A model generated the notes under the pieces. It saw only the letters and a list, made by a program, of their open reading frames with translations, was not told where the DNA came from and ran no database searches. 64,000 nt of DNA. It comes from an uncultured Verrucomicrobiae bacterium. GTDB lineage: Bacteria; Verrucomicrobiota; Verrucomicrobiia; Limisphaerales; Palsa-1400. A program made the translations under genes and the position numbers. The stretch spans positions 1 to 64,000 of the forward strand of contig CAVPOM010000008.1 in the NCBI GenBank assembly GCA_963707025.1, read 5' to 3'. Below are positions 57,789-64,000 of this stretch, one piece after another; within the stretch, counting starts at the first letter, position 1, and every line of letters begins with the position of its first letter.

Positions 57789-59711
57789 ATGAGCCTGCTT
57801 GTTCCAGTCGAAGAGTTCGATAATTTTCGGCTTATGCGGGTGGTGGATGCGGCCTCCATCACGCCGGGACTGCGCAGCGTTGTCCGCTCTCTTGATGAAC
57901 GCGAGGAAATGGAACCCTTTTTGCGGATTATCCTGGCCGACGACGCCCAGACTCCGCATGGACCGGCGGAAATTGTGGACATCTTCACCCACAAATTGAC
58001 GCGTAAAGGAACCCACGGCATGGCCGCATTTATTTTAAAGGGCAAGTCGTTTAAGACGGTTCGTCATAGCGACGTCGCGCACCAAATATACCGGCTGGAA
58101 AAGATTGAAGGACTCCGTTTTGCCATATTCGCTACACCGGGAGTTGTCCTCGACGCGGCCAAAGAGCATTTCTGCGCAACCTGTGAACGCATGAAGGTCA
58201 ATTACGGCTTTTTGGATGCGACCGATCTGGCGCGGTTATTTGTTGCTGCGGGCTTTTTTTGCCCGAGGGATGCCTCCCGGATTTCAGCCGGCAGATGCAA
58301 ATGCGGGTACTCGCCCCAGCATCAATTTCTCAATATCCTTCAGCAGGACGCACTAAAGAGTCTGCTGGATGCCCACGCAATAGGGCAAAAAACCGGACTT
58401 GTGGTATTGCCACCGGGCAGTGGCAAAACTCGGATCGCGGCAGAGGACTCCAAGCGATTTAATGCACAGAGGATACTTTACGTCGCCCACACTCAAGAAA
58501 TACTTGACGTTGCGGATTCCGAGTTTCAAGCGATTTTTGGTTCTAAGGAAGTTGGGCGTATTGAACGGCCTTTCCGGGCTACGTCCACAAAACGTGTCAA
58601 TCTTGCCACCATCCAGTTGTTCGCCCGGCACCTTGCCAACTTCGGAAAGGATAAATTCGACTACGTGGTGGTGGACGAATTCCACCACGCAGCCGCAGCG
58701 TCATATCGGAAGCTCATTGCCCACCTGTCGCCCCAATTCCTACTCGGTCTGACCGCCACGCCTTTTCGAGGAGACCGTCAGGACATCTGGAAACTTTGTG
58801 GAGAAAACACTATTGTGAGTTATGAGCTCCGAGGGGGAATCGAGACCGGAGTTCTGGTGCCTTACCACTACTATGGCTGCTTCGATGACTTGGACTACAC
58901 GAAAATTCAAACACATGGAACCACCTACTCCATCCAGGACTTGGAGCGTGCATTAACCGTCCCAGAAAGGGATCATGCGATCATAAAAAAGTGGCGGGAA
59001 ATGGCCGAGAGTCGCCCGACGCTAGCCTTCTGCTGCTCCATCATCCACGCTGATCGTGTCGCCGCGCACTTTGTTAAGGCAGGCGTTTCTTCGGCTGCCT
59101 ATACGTCCTCGCAATCATGGGAGGAACGAAAACGACGGTTGGAACAGTTTAAGAATGGGGCACTTAAAGTCCTTGCTGTCGTTGACGTGTTCAACGAGGG
59201 TGCTGACTTGCCATTTCTTGAGTGCCTCCTGTTTTTGCGCCCAACCGATTCGAAGCGCATTTTCTTCCAGCAACTTGGACGCGGACTTCGTCGCTATCCC
59301 GGCAAAGCACAATGTCTTGTGATTGATTTCATCGGCAACTTCAAGAACGCCTATCGCATTGTCGAATATCAAGGCTTGCTGCCAGTGGAGGAAGACGATG
59401 GGTTCGTCGGACGGCGCGGTCCAAAAACCGCCAAGGAATTTCTGAACCTGCCGCTCGGTTGCGAGGTGCATTTTGATGATAGGGTTATCAACCTTTTCGC
59501 CAGTCAGGCATTTAACCCTGCGAACGCCAACCGTCACAACATCGGAAGAATCTTGATCTACCTGTATCAACGCCTGGAGAGAAGACTCGGTCGCCCGCCG
59601 AGGAGGGTTGAGGTGGACAGACATTCCAGGCTCTCCAGTGATTTCTACAGCCTGGTCTTTGGGAGTTGGAGAGCATTCGAACAATTGATGGCCTCATTTG
59701 GAACAAGGTGA
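57789..59711 (+). CDS. SF2 (ResIII-type) helicase with N-terminal nuclease-like and C-terminal HNH-associated-repeat-like domains
   Basis: PPGSGKT, DEFHH, LTATP, FNEGADLP, QQLGRGLR. Confidence 0.88.
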   Translation: MSLLVPVEEFDNFRLMRVVDAASITPGLRSVVRSLDEREEMEPFLRIILADDAQTPHGPAEIVDIFTHKLTRKGTHGMAAFILKGKSFKTVRHSDVAHQIYRLEKIEGLRFAIFATPGVVLDAAKEHFCATCERMKVNYGFLDATDLARLFVAAGFFCPRDASRISAGRCKCGYSPQHQFLNILQQDALKSLLDAHAIGQKTGLVVLPPGSGKTRIAAEDSKRFNAQRILYVAHTQEILDVADSEFQAIFGSKEVGRIERPFRATSTKRVNLATIQLFARHLANFGKDKFDYVVVDEFHHAAAASYRKLIAHLSPQFLLGLTATPFRGDRQDIWKLCGENTIVSYELRGGIETGVLVPYHYYGCFDDLDYTKIQTHGTTYSIQDLERALTVPERDHAIIKKWREMAESRPTLAFCCSIIHADRVAAHFVKAGVSSAAYTSSQSWEERKRRLEQFKNGALKVLAVVDVFNEGADLPFLECLLFLRPTDSKRIFFQQLGRGLRRYPGKAQCLVIDFIGNFKNAYRIVEYQGLLPVEEDDGFVGRRGPKTAKEFLNLPLGCEVHFDDRVINLFASQAFNPANANRHNIGRILIYLYQRLERRLGRPPRRVEVDRHSRLSSDFYSLVFGSWRAFEQLMASFGTR

Positions 59712-59919
59712 ATGTGTCACCGAGTGTCTCAAAATCATCTACGCGCTGGCAGCCAATCGGACCAACGAATCTGTCAAAACGCTGAAATCACTTCTGAAAG
59801 ACGATGACGAGAAAATCCGAGCGACGACAAGAAAGGCGATTCGAACCGCCTATTTGTATCGGGGCATTTGGCGCGGCACGCCACTCAGGCCGGAGGATTT
59901 TGATGAAACGTTCCGGTAA
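59698..59919 (+). pseudogene. Short HEAT-like ORF or fragment
   Basis: LKSLLKDDDEKIRA motif; no clear start. Confidence 0.35.
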
Positions 59920-60087
59920 CCCGGACCACCGTGATGAAACCTCTTCGGATTCCTGCACGCACGGATATTTCGTGGATGAGATCTAGACCGCCTGGAGGCG
60001 TGAGATGAGCTTTGCGCTTTGCAAAAGCAACTATCGGCAATAGGGCTGGGCTAGGAATTTCATGCGCAGGAAGTCGTTACCAGACCA

Positions 60088-60411
60088 TCACCCCTTCCGG
60101 TGGTAATCAATGGCAACGCTACGGCTGTCCAGTTCAATGACCGAATAGCCCCAGGGCAAGTAGCGGCTGGGTCCCTGACGTTCGGGATGCTCGACTCGCC
60201 AGGCGATGACCTCCCACCCATTCCCGGATTTTAAGACCTCCCATTCGGCCTGGTCGGCCCAATCCTCCTTTTGCTCCAACAACCGTTGCGCCGCCGCGAT
60301 CTGGTCTCGGTAGTGGACCTGCGGATCCTCGGGGTGTTCCATGCGGGCGGTTTTGCCGCCGCATCCGGTGAGCAACGCGAAAAAAAGGGCGATAATCCAG
60401 TTTCTGGCCAT
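60088..60411 (-). CDS. Small lipoprotein
   Basis: LLTGC lipobox. Confidence 0.7.
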   Translation of the reverse strand: MARNWIIALFFALLTGCGGKTARMEHPEDPQVHYRDQIAAAQRLLEQKEDWADQAEWEVLKSGNGWEVIAWRVEHPERQGPSRYLPWGYSVIELDSRSVAIDYHRKG

Positions 60412-60497
60412 CCCCGTCATATCGGCAGTACGCCGTTCGGCTGAAACGATATGGCGATAAAACTCGCTTAATCGAAATCAAAGCCGCAGGATGGGCC

Positions 60498-60716
60498 ATG
60501 AATAAAACCACCTCTCCCCGCCTCGTTCGCCAACCACCTTTGGCCGCCGGTCAACTATGGCGCATGGCGGACGGGAATCTTCAAGTCGGCATGGTTGGCA
60601 AATTGCTGGTCCATTATAAATTGGGCAAGCCCAATGCCGTTCGCGTCCCCAATTCCTGCAACTGCATCAAAACCATTGAGAAATATCTGAAAACGAAGAA
60701 GGCCGTCCTGGTTTAG
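60498..60716 (+). CDS. Small basic hypothetical protein
   Basis: LAAGQLWRM...VGKLLVHYK...YLK...AVLV; AGGA RBS. Confidence 0.65.
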   Translation: MNKTTSPRLVRQPPLAAGQLWRMADGNLQVGMVGKLLVHYKLGKPNAVRVPNSCNCIKTIEKYLKTKKAVLV

Positions 60717-60725
60717 TTACGATTT

Positions 60726-61919
60726 ATGCGCTCAAGCCTTGCATCCTTGCTCCCTTCGCTGGCGCTGGCCGTGACCGTTGGCGTCAGCGCGTCGCAAGCC
60801 GCTTCCGGCAACCCTTACGCCCGCTGGCAATACGGGCCGGCGCGCGATGAAAACTCTTTCCCCATTGCCGTCTGGTTGCAACCTCCCGCCAAGGCGCGGC
60901 AATATCTGGACGCCGGGTTCAACACTTACGTCGGCCTCTGGGAGGGGCCGACCGAAGAACAACTCGCCGCCCTGAAGCAGGCCGGGATGAGGGTGATTTG
61001 CGAGCAGAACGCGGTTTCGCTGAAGCACCTCAACGATCCCACCCTCATCGGCTGGATGCATGGCGACGAGCCGGACAACGCGCAGGAACTGGGCGCCGGC
61101 AAGGGCTACGGGCCGCCGATTCCTCCGGCCACGATCATCGCCGAATATCAGCGTATTCGCGCCGCGGATTCTACCCGGCCGGTCATGGTGAATTTGGGCC
61201 AGGGTGTGGCATGGGACGATTACATCGGCCGCGGCGTTCGCCGAAATCACCCCGAGGATTACGCCGAATACGTCAAAGGCAGCGACATCGCGTCCTTCGA
61301 CATCTACCCGGTGGCGCATGACAGTCCGGTGGTGGCGGGCAAACTTTGGTTCGTTCCGCAAGGGGTTGAGCGGCTGATTAAATGGGCCGGGCCGGATCGC
61401 ATCGTTTGGAACTGCATCGAATGCACGCGCATTGAAAATCCGGACCATAAAGCCACGCCGCGCCAGGTTCGCTGCGAAGTCTGGATGTCTCTCATTCACG
61501 GTTCGCGCGGGCTGATCTATTTCGTCCACGAATGGAAACCGCGTTTCAACGAGTCCGCCCTGCTGGGCGATCCGGAAATGCTCGCCGCTGTGACAGCGCT
61601 CAACCTGCAGATCGCCCGTCTGGCACCGGTTTTGAACAGTCCCACGGTAACGAACGCGGTGGCGGTAGTGTCGGAGAACCGCGAGATTCCCATCGCTGTG
61701 ATGGCCAAACGGTTCGGCGACGCGCTGTATCTTTTTGCGGTCGGGATGCGCGACGGCAAGACCACGGCGGCGTTTACCATGCGCGGTCTGACGGGCGCGC
61801 CGAACGTGGAAGTGCTCGACGAGAACCGCACGCTGAAAACGCAGGACGATGTTTTTCATGACGATTTCCAGCCGTGGGACGCGCATGTTTACCGGATTGC
61901 GGCCACGCACGGTCGTTGA
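60726..61919 (+). CDS. Secreted glycoside hydrolase-like (clan A TIM barrel) protein
   Basis: Signal peptide; GDEPD, SFDIYP, CIE, IHGSRGLIYF. Confidence 0.75.
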   Translation: MRSSLASLLPSLALAVTVGVSASQAASGNPYARWQYGPARDENSFPIAVWLQPPAKARQYLDAGFNTYVGLWEGPTEEQLAALKQAGMRVICEQNAVSLKHLNDPTLIGWMHGDEPDNAQELGAGKGYGPPIPPATIIAEYQRIRAADSTRPVMVNLGQGVAWDDYIGRGVRRNHPEDYAEYVKGSDIASFDIYPVAHDSPVVAGKLWFVPQGVERLIKWAGPDRIVWNCIECTRIENPDHKATPRQVRCEVWMSLIHGSRGLIYFVHEWKPRFNESALLGDPEMLAAVTALNLQIARLAPVLNSPTVTNAVAVVSENREIPIAVMAKRFGDALYLFAVGMRDGKTTAAFTMRGLTGAPNVEVLDENRTLKTQDDVFHDDFQPWDAHVYRIAATHGR

Positions 61920-62133
61920 TCGAGGCTGCCCGAATGCTGCCGACTTCGAGCCTCCAAAACTGGGCAGAGGCTGATCCGTGATCGCGTGGAGCGCAACTTT
62001 CCAGAATTCATCTCCCGGGTGTCCGCAGATTATTGACCGAAGTTGGACTGAAGCGACATTACAAGACTCCGGAGGTGGTTAAATTGCTGCGGACTGCCCC
62101 GAAATGTTAAAGGGACCATGCAAGGCGTGTTTC

Positions 62134-63216
62134 TCAATGGCTGATCAGCAGCACGGGCTTGATGGTGCTGCCACGCTTCGAGTCGGCAATGGCCCGGTTG
62201 ATCTTGGTAAAATCATAGAATTTCACCAATCGGTCGAAGGGAAACCGCCCATCCTCGTACAGTTTGATCAGTTTCGGAATGAACTTCTGGGGCACCGCGT
62301 CGCCTTGGATGACGCTGTGGACTTGGCGCTCTCCCGGCAGCCTGCCCAAGGCGCTCGCTCCGCTAAGCAGCGCTGCTTTTCCGCCTGGATTCAGTAGCTC
62401 TGCCGCGAACTGTTCCATCTCATGATCCGCCGTGCTCTCCACAATGTAATCAACGTCGCGGCCCGTTATGGCCTTGATGCGCGCGGCGAGGTCACTTCGC
62501 CGGTTGTTGATCGAGTGGGTCGCCCCTAATTCGCAGGCGAGTGTTAGACGGCGAGGGTTGAGGTCCACCGCGATGATCGTTTTGGCTTTGACTATGCGGG
62601 CGGCCATCACCGCCGCCAGCCCAACCGAGCCGGTGCCAAAAACGGCGATGCTTGATCCGGCGCGAACCGCCAGTGAGTTCATCACCGTGCCGGCGCCCGT
62701 TTGCATACCGCAACCCAACGGAGCAAGCATTTCCAGCGGAAGCGGCTTGGGCACCTTCACCAGATTGCGCATGGTCGCGAGAGCATGGGTGGCGAATGAG
62801 GATTGGCCAAAGAAGTGGCCACGCACGCCGCCGCGCAGCGCATTGGTCCCGTCCAAGCGGGCGAAGCTAAAGTTCGCCTCCCAGAACCGCTGGCAGTCCG
62901 CCGGGTGTCCGCGCCTGCAAGGCCGGCAGCGCCCGCAGGATTGGTAGGAGAGCACCACATGGTCGCCGGGCTTGATTCCCTTCACCGCCTCGCCGATTCG
63001 TTCCACCACCCCGGAGCCTTCGTGGCCCAGCACGACCGGGCCGGAAGCGCCGCCATCGCAGAAATCAATGTCGGTATGGCAAACTCCGCTGGCCACCATG
63101 CGCACCAGCACTTCGTCATCGCGCGGACCTTCCATTTCCAGGCGCTCGATCTTCAGTGGGCGGCCCGGCGTCCGCAATACGGCGGCTCGGATTGGGATGG
63201 TAGGCGGGTCGGGCAT
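62134..63216 (-). CDS. Zn-dependent (aryl-)alcohol dehydrogenase
   Basis: GVCHTD, GHEGSG, CGRCRPC...C, GTGSVG. Confidence 0.93.
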   Translation of the reverse strand: MPDPPTIPIRAAVLRTPGRPLKIERLEMEGPRDDEVLVRMVASGVCHTDIDFCDGGASGPVVLGHEGSGVVERIGEAVKGIKPGDHVVLSYQSCGRCRPCRRGHPADCQRFWEANFSFARLDGTNALRGGVRGHFFGQSSFATHALATMRNLVKVPKPLPLEMLAPLGCGMQTGAGTVMNSLAVRAGSSIAVFGTGSVGLAAVMAARIVKAKTIIAVDLNPRRLTLACELGATHSINNRRSDLAARIKAITGRDVDYIVESTADHEMEQFAAELLNPGGKAALLSGASALGRLPGERQVHSVIQGDAVPQKFIPKLIKLYEDGRFPFDRLVKFYDFTKINRAIADSKRGSTIKPVLLISH

Positions 63217-63237
63217 TTCGAGTTCAGGCCTCTTAAT

Positions 63238-64000
63238 TCAAAGGAGCGCGAGTTGCTGTCCGCTCGGCTCGCGCAAACTGCTGACGCCCAGACCTAGCAA
63301 CCGCAACGGGCGCGAAACCAGTTTGTCCCGGCCCAGCAGGAAACAACCCAGCCGGTAAACGTCAGCCGCCTCGGTGATCGGTTCCTCGACTGAAATCTGG
63401 CGCGTGAGGGTGGTGAAATCACTATAGCGTACTTTTACCTGGACCGTGTGCGCTCCCAATCGCCTGTGTTTGAGCCGTGCCGAAATATCTGTCGCCTGTT
63501 CTCTCAGGCAGGCACGAAGCACTTTTCGGTCGTCGGTGTCTTTGAGAAACGTTTCTTCTCCGCTGATGCTCTTGATCTCGTCTCCGATTTCCAGCGGGCG
63601 GTCGTCTTCACCGAATGCAAACTGCTTCAATTTCGGCCCGAACGAGCCGACCAAGGCACGCAGATCCCCAGCATAATCCTGCAAGTCCCCAACGGTTACG
63701 ATGCCCGCCTGGCCCAATGTCTGTTCGGTGACTTTCCCGACCCCGTAAATCACACGCACCGGCAGCGGCCGCAAAAATGAAACCTTCTCCTGGTCGGAAA
63801 TGACCGTCAGTCCGTCAGGTTTTTTGTGGTCGCTGGCGATTTTAGCGAGCAGTTTGTTGGAGGCAATACCGATGGTGGCAGTCAACCTGCGCTCCGATAG
63901 AATTCGCTGTTTCAAATCCCGTGCCAACGGCAATGCCTTGAGCAGCGATGCGTCGAGGTCCTCCGCCTGAGTGATGGGGGACACGTCGAGATACGCCTCG
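63238..64000 (-). CDS. dinB: DNA polymerase IV (5' part outside the window)
   Basis: EAYLDV, NKLLAKIASD..KPDG, GVG, KSIS.E.TF, RLLG. Confidence 0.93.
   Translation of the reverse strand, partial: EAYLDVSPITQAEDLDASLLKALPLARDLKQRILSERRLTATIGIASNKLLAKIASDHKKPDGLTVISDQEKVSFLRPLPVRVIYGVGKVTEQTLGQAGIVTVGDLQDYAGDLRALVGSFGPKLKQFAFGEDDRPLEIGDEIKSISGEETFLKDTDDRKVLRACLREQATDISARLKHRRLGAHTVQVKVRYSDFTTLTRQISVEEPITEAADVYRLGCFLLGRDKLVSRPLRLLGLGVSSLREPSGQQLALL

Overview
GC-rich bacterial window, probably from Verrucomicrobiota (inferred from a stand-alone SWIB protein, the integrase type and several conserved hypotheticals). It is mostly accessory DNA. 0.1-7.3 kb: a decayed defence island in which a DUF2357/McrC-like gene is split by an unusual four-gene IS21-family element (363-4040, 7-bp TSD, Imm35/YrhB cargo), followed by gene fragments and an IS630. 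7.5-11.1 kb: a compact operon of a PatA-like subtilase, a small CxxC protein, a stand-alone PatG C-terminal-domain protein and a 483-aa Cys-rich protein whose leader ends in a cyanobactin-like GVEAQ site. This operon is my best candidate for an undescribed system. 12-20 kb: an AbiE toxin-antitoxin pair, hypotheticals and housekeeping-like genes. 20.6-28 kb: a Pseudomonas-type MksBEF/Wadjet operon with a nonsense codon in jetD, an integrase and a tRNA-Cys-derived att site with arm-type repeats. 28-39 kb: nuclease/defence-like genes in an eroded attC (integron-cassette-like) array, plus an IS4. 39.5-56 kb: a DUF350/Gsp-synthase module and a large cluster (GbsR regulator, MBOAT, desaturase, SDRs, BchE-like B12 radical SAM, two linalool-dehydratase-like proteins) that looks like an uncharacterised lipid-tailoring pathway. 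56-64 kb: a nuclease-helicase, a glycosidase-like protein, an alcohol dehydrogenase and partial dinB. Family assignments come from motif recognition by eye; no searches were run.
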